A stretch of 64,000 nt of DNA from a virus. Taxonomy: Duplodnaviria > Caudoviricetes. The notes below the pieces were generated by a model. It did not search any database and was not told the DNA's origin. It saw nothing but the letters and a program-made list of their open reading frames with translations. The position numbers were made by a program, and so were the translations under genes. The stretch is from IMG/VR virus record IMGVR_UViG_3300021978_000001, positions 256,001-320,000 of that record; one strand, given 5' to 3'. Shown here in pieces: positions 18,570-27,884 of the stretch. Numbering within the stretch: position 1 is the stretch's first letter; each line of letters opens with the position of its first letter.

Positions 18570-21326
18570 TCAGCCGCAACCGCTATGCCCACAATCGAGA
18601 CACGTCGAGCACCCCGACTGATACACGACGTTGGTCGAGGCGCACGATGGGCAGGACGCGCCAACAGCCTTGGCGCCGTCCTCGATATGCTCGGAGAGGA
18701 ACTTGCGCACTGCCGTGAGGGTGGTCGAGATGTAATCCCCGTCGATGTCCGTGATCGCTGCCACAATCTGAGGCATCCCGATTGCATGACGCAAGGCCAT
18801 AGAGATGATCTTCCCGAGCTTCACGTGATACGCATCCGCATGAATCTTCTCTACTTGCGAAAGCACGAGGTCGTGATCCACGCCCTGGCGCAACAAGAGC
18901 TTCGTCACTTCACGAAACGCGCGATTCATCGTGACGTACTCCCCCTTGGAGTAATCGTTCGAGTGAATCCAGAACGCGATGGGGTTGATCGAATCACACG
19001 GAAGGTAGCTCAGGTGGAAGTAGAACTTCGAGCCCTCGCGCTTGACCTGGTGCGTCGGGCCATTGTTAAAGGCGTCAGGGAGCTTGACCTCGCGAATGAT
19101 CACGCCCTCTTCCGTGATAGCTGCGGTCTCTGGCGTGCACCCGGCATGAATCAATGAAGCCGCCAGGTCACCATACGTCGGAATAAACGCATCCTCCTCT
19201 CCCACCGTCGCAGAAGACTCGACCGCAAGCACCGCTTCCATCGTCCCCGCACGATACGTGGTAAACCCGTTGAGACCACGCTGCCAAGCATTGAGGTAGA
19301 GACCTTTGAAATCCTCGTAAGGATAATCGTTGGGCAAGTTCGCGGTCTTCGACACCGACTGGTTAAGGTGCTCCTGTACCACCGCCTGAACATCCACGTG
19401 CGTCTGGACAGGAAGATCCTGCGCCGTCACGAGGTAGGGCGCTTCATTTTGAATGTCCTCGGGGTAGTGCTCCAATACCCAACCGTAGCCATAATCACGC
19501 ACAGGCTCGATAAAACAAAGGCCCCTGTTGTGTGGCTCGTAGTACCACGTGCGACCCTTGTATTCACCACGCCACGCAGTCGCATCCCCTACCTCGATCT
19601 CATCGAGGTAGCTCTTGACGTTATCCTGGTTCAAACCTTCGGGCCACTTGTCCGTGATCACCGTGCGCTCATAGCCATGCGAGAAAACAGGCTCGATCCC
19701 ATTGCTCACCATATCACAGATCACGCTGGAGTTTCCGAGCGGCGGGTTCGTGGTGGTCTTGAGGTTGCGCACGCCATGCTGCTCCATAAGCGCACGAACA
19801 TCCGCATCAAGATCTGCAAACTCGGTATACCAGGGCGTCTGGAAAAACGCTTCACGATCAAACGCGGGCGCAGGGCCACGCTCTTGCGCAAGCAACGCAG
19901 AGGACTTCCAGGTGAGATTCTCCTTGAGACGATTGATGCGCTTGACAAAAGCGAGAGAATCTTCACTGCCGTAAGTGAGACCGAGCATATAGTGCGCAGA
20001 TCCCAGCCCATTGACACCCATGCCGTACTGACGCACGTTTTCGAGCGCCCACTGGTACTCAGGCAGAGGAACGTTTCCAATGTCGTTGACGTTTTCGAGC
20101 ATGCGCGCGAACGTTTGGATGTCCTGCGCATAGAGATCCCAATCGAAGGTGCGATCAGCTCGCACGTACCTCGGGAGATTGAGCGACCCCAACAAGCACA
20201 CGGTGGTCGTGTAAGGGTTTCCACCAATCTCACCGCAGGGGTTGGTCGCGTTGTTGCGCCCCATATACACGATCGGATTCGCACGATTCATGTTCCCTTC
20301 AAAGAGAACCCCCGGCTCATTGCGCGTGTACGTCGAGGACATGATCAACTCGTAGAGGTCACGCGCGACCACGCGCTTGTAGGTCACGCCCTCGAAATGC
20401 AAATCGTACATTTCATCTGCGATCACCGCTTCCATAAACGCGTCATCCACAACCACGCTCATGTTGAACTTCGTCAGGCGACCCTTGGTCTGCTTGGCGC
20501 GGACGAACTCCTCGATGTCCGGGTGCCACACGCTCAAGCAACCCATCTGCGCGCCCTTGCGAGGCATCGCCTTCTCCAGCTCATCGAACATGCGCTCGCT
20601 TTGCGGGAGATGGTTGGTGATCGTATCCACATAACCATCCGTGTCGCCACGCACGATCATGTCCGCGACCTTATCCCAGACTTCCATGTACGCGATCACG
20701 CCGGGGTGACGCACACCCGTTCCCTTGATGAGAGAACCACGCGGACGGATGAAGTCGAAGTTGACCCCATACCCGCCCTCGTTCGCGAGCGTCTTCGCCT
20801 GCGCCGCCAAGCCCACCATGATGTTGAGCAAGTCATCCGCAGTATCCGAAGCCCCAGAAAGTGTCACTGGGATCTCGTGCAAACCATCAGGAGTGCGCTT
20901 TGTGTAGGAGACCTCCGCACCCTTGACACCCCCCTGGATGAAACAGTTGAGAAGAGTCGCGCCCTTGAACGCCGTTCCTGCATTCGCCGTGATCCGACCC
21001 CCGGTCGTAGCCTTCAAACCGATAGCACGCCACAGCACGCCTTGGGGATCGAGATACCAATCCTCGGGTACGCCATCATTTGCCCGGTACATCTCCATCT
21101 GCTGGAGCGCATCGACACCATCCGCCAGGCGCTCGAACTGCACCAGGACTTTCAAGAAGCGGTCACCCCACTCCGTGATCTGCTCATCAGAAGCACCATA
21201 CTTCGCTTCGACTTCCGCGAGCGCGAACGCTACACGCTTGAACGTCTCCAGGGACGTTTCACCATCATACTGGTATTTCGTTGCCCAGTTCTCGCGGGCA
21301 AGGGAGGTGGAAAAAATCATCGTCAC
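18570..21326 (-). CDS. nrdJ: class II (B12-dependent) ribonucleotide reductase
   Basis: GGRITANAG, TLLNCF, EGGYG, RKGAQM, TNPCGEI, PPLGNSS, GFTTYRAG, C-terminal CPSC...CLDC ribbon; no beta subunit nearby. Confidence 0.92.
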   Translation of the reverse strand: MTMIFSTSLARENWATKYQYDGETSLETFKRVAFALAEVEAKYGASDEQITEWGDRFLKVLVQFERLADGVDALQQMEMYRANDGVPEDWYLDPQGVLWRAIGLKATTGGRITANAGTAFKGATLLNCFIQGGVKGAEVSYTKRTPDGLHEIPVTLSGASDTADDLLNIMVGLAAQAKTLANEGGYGVNFDFIRPRGSLIKGTGVRHPGVIAYMEVWDKVADMIVRGDTDGYVDTITNHLPQSERMFDELEKAMPRKGAQMGCLSVWHPDIEEFVRAKQTKGRLTKFNMSVVVDDAFMEAVIADEMYDLHFEGVTYKRVVARDLYELIMSSTYTRNEPGVLFEGNMNRANPIVYMGRNNATNPCGEIGGNPYTTTVCLLGSLNLPRYVRADRTFDWDLYAQDIQTFARMLENVNDIGNVPLPEYQWALENVRQYGMGVNGLGSAHYMLGLTYGSEDSLAFVKRINRLKENLTWKSSALLAQERGPAPAFDREAFFQTPWYTEFADLDADVRALMEQHGVRNLKTTTNPPLGNSSVICDMVSNGIEPVFSHGYERTVITDKWPEGLNQDNVKSYLDEIEVGDATAWRGEYKGRTWYYEPHNRGLCFIEPVRDYGYGWVLEHYPEDIQNEAPYLVTAQDLPVQTHVDVQAVVQEHLNQSVSKTANLPNDYPYEDFKGLYLNAWQRGLNGFTTYRAGTMEAVLAVESSATVGEEDAFIPTYGDLAASLIHAGCTPETAAITEEGVIIREVKLPDAFNNGPTHQVKREGSKFYFHLSYLPCDSINPIAFWIHSNDYSKGEYVTMNRAFREVTKLLLRQGVDHDLVLSQVEKIHADAYHVKLGKIISMALRHAIGMPQIVAAITDIDGDYISTTLTAVRKFLSEHIEDGAKAVGASCPSCASTNVVYQSGCSTCLDCGHSGCG

Positions 21327-22289
21327 TTATCCTCGGGTTTCGGTTTGGTCTTGGTACATGAAAAGGTGAAGGCGCTGATCAGCGGGGCCTCCTGTTTTGG
21401 CCGCCGCTTCGATCTCACACAGCTCGATGTAAGCCTTACGCAAGCTCACGACATCCCAAGCTGCTCCTTGCGAGGTCAACGTCTCCCAGGTCTTTCCCTT
21501 GACTCCCAACATCTTCGAGATCTCACCATCGCTCATCCCGACCTTGTGCGCCGAGACATATGTCAAGAGCTGCTGACAGCGCTTGAGCAATAGCGTGATC
21601 ACGGGCAACAACGCCCACGCATCTTTGGTTTGATGCAAGTACAAGGTGAGCATGCGATCCGCTTGAACGCTCTTGCGCGCTGCCCAGGCATCTACAATCA
21701 GCCAGGGCTTCAAACTTTCATGCTGCACCAACAAGCGCGTCAAGTCTGACGCCTCGATAACCTTGCGTTTATCCATCAGAACAAACGCCTTGGTCAATTC
21801 ACTCGTCAAGGCATAGGGGTCCTCCCCCACGTTCTGGACCAACGCTTGCGCCAGGTGTATCGCGAGGTCATACCCCTGATTCCTGGCCCAAAGCACGACC
21901 CAATCCGAGATCTCCCATGGTTTGGGCGCCGGGAAGGTCTCCTGCTCATTGAACTGAAGACCTCGATACCAGGACGCCACACGACCAGAAGAGACCAACA
22001 CGAGGACCGTATCCGTCAAGCCGCCTTTCTCACAATACTTCTGCAACATCGTTTGGTAAGCGCCCTGGAGCTTGTTCGCCTCCCAGAGCACGATAAGCCT
22101 TGGAGGCGAGAACAAGGGGACCGCGAATAAGGCTCCCTGGATTTCCGCCGCCTGTGTGGGCGTGAAGTCAAGCCGTGTGTGATCAGGGAGAAAGCGCTCC
22201 GCTCGATCGACCTCCGCCTTGACATCGAAGTCAAAACCATCGAGACGCACGATGGCCGGGCAATGTTTCCAAGCCACGGTCATCGACAC
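21327..22289 (-). CDS. holA: DNA polymerase III delta-like clamp loader subunit
   Basis: PLFSPPRLIVL, VGEDPYALTSELTK; adjacent to delta'. Confidence 0.7.
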   Translation of the reverse strand: MSMTVAWKHCPAIVRLDGFDFDVKAEVDRAERFLPDHTRLDFTPTQAAEIQGALFAVPLFSPPRLIVLWEANKLQGAYQTMLQKYCEKGGLTDTVLVLVSSGRVASWYRGLQFNEQETFPAPKPWEISDWVVLWARNQGYDLAIHLAQALVQNVGEDPYALTSELTKAFVLMDKRKVIEASDLTRLLVQHESLKPWLIVDAWAARKSVQADRMLTLYLHQTKDAWALLPVITLLLKRCQQLLTYVSAHKVGMSDGEISKMLGVKGKTWETLTSQGAAWDVVSLRKAYIELCEIEAAAKTGGPADQRLHLFMYQDQTETRG

Positions 22290-23293
22290 CTCTCCTTGAT
22301 CTTCAACAATTCACTTACCACATGATGCTCGTGTGCGAGCGACAGGTGCGCGCGCTCGGACAATACACGAGACTTAGAAGCAATATCGAAGACACGAGAC
22401 CCCAGAGCAGCGACCGCTTGCATCCCGACCGCTCCCAGCATCTCCTGAGCGCGTTCTACCCCCGATGCAGCCGCCACAAGTTCACACAGTGTTTCCTCCA
22501 GGAGATCAATCAACTGCGTCGGTGTGACTTCCTTGGCGAGCGCGTTCATGACCCACATCACCAGATTCCAATCAGGGACACGAGGCATCCGAGACAACAT
22601 CTCCAGAAGATCACCGCGAAGACGATTGCCATGCTTGACATGAAACACGACCTGGGTAGGTAAACCGCGAGCAAAGTACACGAGCGTTTCGACCGCGCTC
22701 TCAGGAGGACGCTGGCCAAACTCCTCTTCGACAATAACGGGAATCAACTCACGCATAACTGCATCTTCGAGGCGACCCACGTACAAGGTGTGACAACGCG
22801 AGCGTACTGTCTGAGGCAAACCCATGTTACACCCTTCATCGAGGGTCAGCACAAAACGTGCGCAAGGAGGAGGCTCTTCGAGAGTCTTGAGCAAAGCATC
22901 AGCGCCTTGCTCGGAAAGCTCCTCGACATGAGGCAGCATCAACACGCGATAGGGGGCCTTGAGCGGCGCGCGGTAGGCTTCTGCGAGCACAGCACGGACA
23001 TCTCCGATAGCTGGGGAAGCCAGGACATGATAGTCGAGTTGATTCCCTACTTCGATGCGCGTTTGAATCTGCGAGGCTTCTACACTGGTAGAAGCACCCT
23101 TGGACGTGCTCATCAAATGAGACACCCACCATTCACCAAGCTCGCGCTTACCTACCCCACCAGGACCTTCCAGAAGCAAGGCTTTCGGGGGATTCGCGAG
23201 CATACGCAACATCTGGCTGCGTAGCCTGGCATGGCTTTGGTGTGGAGTCGTCATGAGAGGTAAACCGTATTCGTGATCGCCATGGTACAGCAC
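22280..23293 (-). CDS. holB: DNA polymerase III delta'-like clamp loader subunit
   Basis: GPGGVGK, ADALLKTLEEPP, TVRSRC (SRC motif). Confidence 0.85.
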   Translation of the reverse strand: MLYHGDHEYGLPLMTTPHQSHARLRSQMLRMLANPPKALLLEGPGGVGKRELGEWWVSHLMSTSKGASTSVEASQIQTRIEVGNQLDYHVLASPAIGDVRAVLAEAYRAPLKAPYRVLMLPHVEELSEQGADALLKTLEEPPPCARFVLTLDEGCNMGLPQTVRSRCHTLYVGRLEDAVMRELIPVIVEEEFGQRPPESAVETLVYFARGLPTQVVFHVKHGNRLRGDLLEMLSRMPRVPDWNLVMWVMNALAKEVTPTQLIDLLEETLCELVAAASGVERAQEMLGAVGMQAVAALGSRVFDIASKSRVLSERAHLSLAHEHHVVSELLKIKERCR

Positions 23294-23332
23294 TCACTGT
23301 GCCCCAGATCACGGCATTCTGTCAAGGCGAAA

Positions 23333-23377
23333 AGAAAGACCCCTCGATGCCTGGGAAAAGCATCGAGGGGTCTTTCT
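23333..23377 (-). terminator. intrinsic terminator
   Basis: 18 bp perfect inverted repeat 23333-23350/23360-23377, U-rich on minus strand. Confidence 0.8.
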
Positions 23378-23395
23378 CATGAAGAGAGCGCCAGC

Positions 23396-23599
23396 TCAGA
23401 AATTACAAGCACCACCCGTCGAGACTGCCCAGGTATAGTTGCACTTCACGCAACGATACTGGCGAACACCCTGCGTGTTGGGCGCGCTCATGATGATTGC
23501 TCGAACGCTGTCGCACTGACCGCTCGTGCGAAGGTCACTGCCACGACGGCAAGCCATGTTCACTTCGGGGTGCTTCTCTGTAGGCTTTGAATCAGACAT
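23396..23599 (-). CDS. small zinc-ribbon protein
   Basis: C...C and YRCVKCNYTW; start moved to ATG 23599. Confidence 0.65.
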   Translation of the reverse strand: MSDSKPTEKHPEVNMACRRGSDLRTSGQCDSVRAIIMSAPNTQGVRQYRCVKCNYTWAVSTGGACNF

Positions 23600-23621
23600 C
23601 TTGGATCTTCCTTTGTTTGGG

Positions 23622-24350
23622 TTACTGTACCATCTTCGCGAGAAACGCATCGCAGGCTTGCTCGGCAATCTCCGCACTATCCATAGCGCCATCATATTCG
23701 AGGCGCTCCAGGACTTCACCTCCAGGAGTCGAGATCGTCACGACCACCATCACTGAATCCAAATCACAAGCGTCGATACCGTATTGCAAACGATACCGTG
23801 TACGGTCTGACTTGCGCGTGGTCTCTGCCCAGTGATTCGCGTCACTAACTTTGTGCGCGGTCAACTCGGGGACCTTCCTCAAGATCTTCTGTGAGATGCG
23901 CGCGAGCGACGAGCAGTAGTCCGTCAAGGTCTCGAACAGGGATTCGCTCGCCTGTTTGTTCCGCGACGCTACACGCGTATCCCCTTGAGTAACAAGAGAA
24001 GCGACACGCGCCGCGTTCAGGAGATCCCCTTCCAGGGAAGGGAGGAGCGGGGCGAGGTGCTTGAGTTCTGCTTCGAGCTGGCGAATGCTCGACATATCAA
24101 GAGGCTTCATGGTCGTCTCGGGTGCTCGTGCGGCCTTGATGGATGTATAGTCTATGGAAAAGATCTGTGAAGGCCCATCACCGTCAAAGGTGAAATCCTG
24201 GGGGATGTCCTCACCCAGGTTATTGATCGAGAAATCACGTGTGCAACCCACGTGCCCGCACCATTCGAGCGCACGAAGCAACGGCTCAAGGTCATCCCTT
24301 GCAGCCTCGTTACACACGACCGTGATCTTGTAGTGCTTCTCATCAGACAT
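23622..24350 (-). CDS. hypothetical protein
   Basis: 242 aa; internal RVASLVTQGDTRVASRNKQA. Confidence 0.7.
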   Translation of the reverse strand: MSDEKHYKITVVCNEAARDDLEPLLRALEWCGHVGCTRDFSINNLGEDIPQDFTFDGDGPSQIFSIDYTSIKAARAPETTMKPLDMSSIRQLEAELKHLAPLLPSLEGDLLNAARVASLVTQGDTRVASRNKQASESLFETLTDYCSSLARISQKILRKVPELTAHKVSDANHWAETTRKSDRTRYRLQYGIDACDLDSVMVVVTISTPGGEVLERLEYDGAMDSAEIAEQACDAFLAKMVQ

Positions 24351-24394
24351 TCGAGCCTCTCATAGAATCTCCACAGCACCAGGCTACCAAAGGA

Positions 24395-24637
24395 TTAATC
24401 GCCTCCCGGTAGCACCACGTTATCCGTAGGCTTCAAAATCAACCACGCCTGGTGACCCTTGTTCGAGGTGAAGACATGCACCGTATCTTGCACCAGGAAC
24501 GCACCTCGTATCGCACCCTTGCTCGGTTCCACGAAATCGAGCCATAAAGTCTCATCCTTACGCGGGAGCACCTTGAGGCCCACACGTAGAGGGCCGTCCC
24601 ATGCCTGTGGACAGAACATCTGTACAGAAAGCATCAC
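24395..24637 (-). CDS. hypothetical protein
   Basis: 80 aa, overlapping-stop coupling. Confidence 0.6.
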   Translation of the reverse strand: MMLSVQMFCPQAWDGPLRVGLKVLPRKDETLWLDFVEPSKGAIRGAFLVQDTVHVFTSNKGHQAWLILKPTDNVVLPGGD

Positions 24638-25206
24638 GTCTCCTCTCGCAACTCAGCAGTCAGCTCGGACACCACGACCCAGGAACGCAACACGTCCATA
24701 AGGTCATCCTGGACTCGCGAAGTCACCGTGCCGCACAACTCAAGTTCGCGCGGATCACCCGGGGTATCTTTTGGCGTGAAGATGTACTGCTGAGAGGAGG
24801 TCATGCGCAAGTACATCGTCATGTCTTTGTGATCGAGAGTAGGAAAGAACGTCTCCACATACCTCGAATCAGCTTTGAACCATGTGTGGAGGTCTGATAC
24901 GCGTTGAACATCATACTCGAAACGCAAGACGCAACGCCTCATGGCTAGATGATGCAGTACAAAATACTCACCAACCACAAGCTCGAACCTGTACAGGTCT
25001 CCGACCGTACCAGAGGCCGATCGAGGGTAGGTAGGATACTCGGGGACCCTCTTGGCGCGCCTCGCAGTCTCGTGACGAGACTTCATGTACCACGCAAGGA
25101 GGTCACCAGGATCTCGGAAATCAAACTCCTTGAGTTGACCCCGTGGTTGGGCTGTCTTCTCATCCGCCAGGACCGCATAAAACATCGCGTCGAGATGCTC
25201 GCTCAT
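24634..25206 (-). CDS. hypothetical protein
   Basis: ATG 25206 behind SD ggagg. Confidence 0.7.
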   Translation of the reverse strand: MSEHLDAMFYAVLADEKTAQPRGQLKEFDFRDPGDLLAWYMKSRHETARRAKRVPEYPTYPRSASGTVGDLYRFELVVGEYFVLHHLAMRRCVLRFEYDVQRVSDLHTWFKADSRYVETFFPTLDHKDMTMYLRMTSSQQYIFTPKDTPGDPRELELCGTVTSRVQDDLMDVLRSWVVVSELTAELREET

Positions 25207-25237
25207 ATTTACCTCCATAACTCCCAAGACCAAACTC

Positions 25238-26896
25238 TCATTCTTCCTCGCTGCTCACATCCTCGGAGTCATCGATACCCAAATCGACTGCGACCGAACT
25301 CAGCGTGTTGCCGTCAGGGGCCTGCACTGAAACGCGATCCTGCGCGAGCATCTGTTCCTCGTTTTCCATCTCCTCAAGCATCGCGACAGCTACCTGCATC
25401 TCTTGGTCAATTTCATCCGCATCCACTTCTTCCGACCCTTCAGGTCGAGCCACCCCGAGCCGTTCCTCCAGCTCTTGGATAATCTCACCGGGAAGAGTCT
25501 CTGTCTCCTCTGCCTCTTCGGAGCGTGCGCGGTCTTCCCTCACAGACGACACAGGCGAGGTCTCCCACAAGCCCTCAAGGTCCTCGATGTCCTGGTCAGC
25601 GAGGTTAAACAAGGTGTCGATGCTCTCGGTGCCCGGATTATCGAGATCAATCTCATCCTCCAGGCCCTCTTCCTCTCGATCCGCAGCATCCGCAAGCGAC
25701 TCGTAATCCAGGAGATCACCTTCGGGCTCGCATTGCTCCAGGGGCTTGATGTAGGTCAGGATACGCAGCTCCTCATCGGTCGCTGCTTCCAAGAGATGGC
25801 GACGAATCTGTGCACCCTCTTCCCTCAAGTCAGAAGAGGGGTCTCGACCAATGAAGGTTTGACGCAGCTCTTGAGGGCTCATGTCCGGGTTCGCTTTTGC
25901 ATGATCCTCATAAGAGTACGAGACCTGGTTATTCTCGGTCACGTACTCGCTGTAGTTCCCCTGCAAGAGATCGAGCGCGCGTTCGATGTCCTCATACCCG
26001 AGGCGCGTGAGCACCTGACGGTACATCTCTTCCTTGTCGCTCTCTTCGATGCTATCTCCAGGTGTCATTGCCTGCAACAACCCTTGCCCTGCGGATTCCT
26101 CCACAGAGTAGCGAGATACCGCAGGACGCACCGTCCTCTGACTAACCGAAGAGTCGATCAAGGCAGAAAACACGGGATCACGCAAGGCCATGATATAACT
26201 CTTCACGCGGTCGATCGTTTCCACATCGAGGTACCCACGGAAGCTCGACTCCACATGTTGGAAGGAAAAAAGATCCATCTGAGCCGCTGTCAAATCGTTG
26301 CTCAAGCATTGCAAGAGACGACGCATGGTCTGTTCGGCGTGCTCCTTGAAGATCTTCATCCTTGGCCGCCACACATAGGAATCGTCTCGAATCGCGTCCC
26401 TCTTCACAGAGGTCTTGCGCGTCTTACTCATGCGCTTGAGCTGCTCGCTGTAGTCCTTGTAATCCGAGGGCAACGTCAGAAGCAGAAGGACATACGAATA
26501 GGCTTCGTGGAAGTTGTGATTCGAGATCACCCTCAAGACCATCGTGATCATGTCGTGAGACGTTTCTGGAGCCTTGAAACGACTGCGCGCTTCTCTCACC
26601 GCTCCACAAAACATGTGCTCTGACCACACATCCACGAAACCACCGTTGCCATGGTCCAACGCTTCCTCCAACTCCCCGTCATCCACATTGGCCGCCAGGA
26701 CCCAAGCCGCGATGTACATCCTCAAGATGTTGTGAGGCTCCAGCTTCGCATAAGCCAGAGGATTGAAACGTGAACCGACACGTTCCATCACAAGACGGTT
26801 GATTCGTTGCAGGTCCAGCGCCCCGTCAGGGAGGCCGTTCACCTGGAATCGACGGGAGAATACGGGATCATTAGGGTTCAAGTCGTCACGCTGCAT
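25238..26896 (-). CDS. large helical hypothetical protein with long acidic C-terminus
   Basis: 552 aa, no recognised motif. Confidence 0.8.
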   Translation of the reverse strand: MQRDDLNPNDPVFSRRFQVNGLPDGALDLQRINRLVMERVGSRFNPLAYAKLEPHNILRMYIAAWVLAANVDDGELEEALDHGNGGFVDVWSEHMFCGAVREARSRFKAPETSHDMITMVLRVISNHNFHEAYSYVLLLLTLPSDYKDYSEQLKRMSKTRKTSVKRDAIRDDSYVWRPRMKIFKEHAEQTMRRLLQCLSNDLTAAQMDLFSFQHVESSFRGYLDVETIDRVKSYIMALRDPVFSALIDSSVSQRTVRPAVSRYSVEESAGQGLLQAMTPGDSIEESDKEEMYRQVLTRLGYEDIERALDLLQGNYSEYVTENNQVSYSYEDHAKANPDMSPQELRQTFIGRDPSSDLREEGAQIRRHLLEAATDEELRILTYIKPLEQCEPEGDLLDYESLADAADREEEGLEDEIDLDNPGTESIDTLFNLADQDIEDLEGLWETSPVSSVREDRARSEEAEETETLPGEIIQELEERLGVARPEGSEEVDADEIDQEMQVAVAMLEEMENEEQMLAQDRVSVQAPDGNTLSSVAVDLGIDDSEDVSSEEE

Positions 26897-26933
26897 GGCA
26901 CGCCTCTCTGTTCAAGGTCAGGCTGTTCAAGGA

Positions 26934-27194
26934 TTATTCGTGGATGACAAGCTGGACGTTCTTTCCCTGCTTGCATCCAAGCGCATAGAAAAGGGTCTGC
27001 ATGCTCTCAAGGATGCAACCCTTGCGTCCGATGATCTTTCCCCGATCATCGGGAACCACGTCAATCGAGTACACCACAGAACGCCCTTTCTTGATCACGT
27101 GAATATCCACGTATTCAGGGTACTCCACCAGGGACTTGACCATATCGGTCAAGAGGGGCTTGATCGGGGTCGGCTTGGGTTCTTCATACAACAT
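26934..27194 (-). CDS. KhpA-like single KH-domain RNA-binding protein
   Basis: MVKSLVEYPEYV, DRGKIIGRKG (GxxG loop); ATG 27194 behind caggag. Confidence 0.85.
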   Translation of the reverse strand: MLYEEPKPTPIKPLLTDMVKSLVEYPEYVDIHVIKKGRSVVYSIDVVPDDRGKIIGRKGCILESMQTLFYALGCKQGKNVQLVIHE

Positions 27195-27518
27195 GATGTC
27201 TCTCCTGTTCTTTTGCTTCCATAACTCCAGAATACCACACAAGAAAGCCGGTAGCTTCCCCATGTACCCTATCCTTACGCAAAAGAACGGGGGAGTGTTC
27301 GATATTGGATGCAACCCTTCCGTTCCAACCTCCATCTCTTTTCAAAATGGACGCGGTATAGAGAGCTTTCGGTCAAGATTCCAGATCACGTTCCGAGTCC
27401 TATCCCAGGTCATCCTTTTTCCCGGATGACCCCTACAGACACAACCCGTTCAAGAGAAGAGAGTCCTCTCGAACCTCTTCCCGAACAATGAACCCGATCA
27501 AGCTCGCTCACATACTCT

Positions 27519-27556
27519 CAGTTCCCTGTTTCCAGTTCCCTGTTTCCAGTTCCCTG
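27519..27556. repeat. tandem 14 bp repeat, 2.7 copies
   Basis: CAGTTCCCTGTTTC x2 + CAGTTCCCTG. Confidence 0.9.
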
Positions 27557-27806
27557 ACGTGATCACGAGCCCTCAAGCTCTCTCATCCCCCTTACTGGTC
27601 TACCTGAACTCCTCTTGGATCACCCCTTCAAGGATCACCCCCAGATAAAGCCCATCAAGCTCCTTATACGCGCGTGAGCGCGTATATCTCCCTATGCGTG
27701 CTTGAAGGGGCACCTTTAAACCCTCTGGTGACTTACGGAGACCAGTTCCCGTGTGGGGGGAGGCTTTCAGATCCTCCGCTTTAAACCCGAGCTAAAGCTG
27801 CCAAAG

Positions 27807-27884
27807 CTGATGCTTCTGCTGCTGATGCTACTGCATCTGCTGCTACTGCATTTGCTACTGCTGCTACTGCTTCTGTTTTTACTA
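27807..27884. repeat. degenerate CTG/CTA trinucleotide array
   Basis: 26 triplets, 24 with central T on the + strand. Confidence 0.85.
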
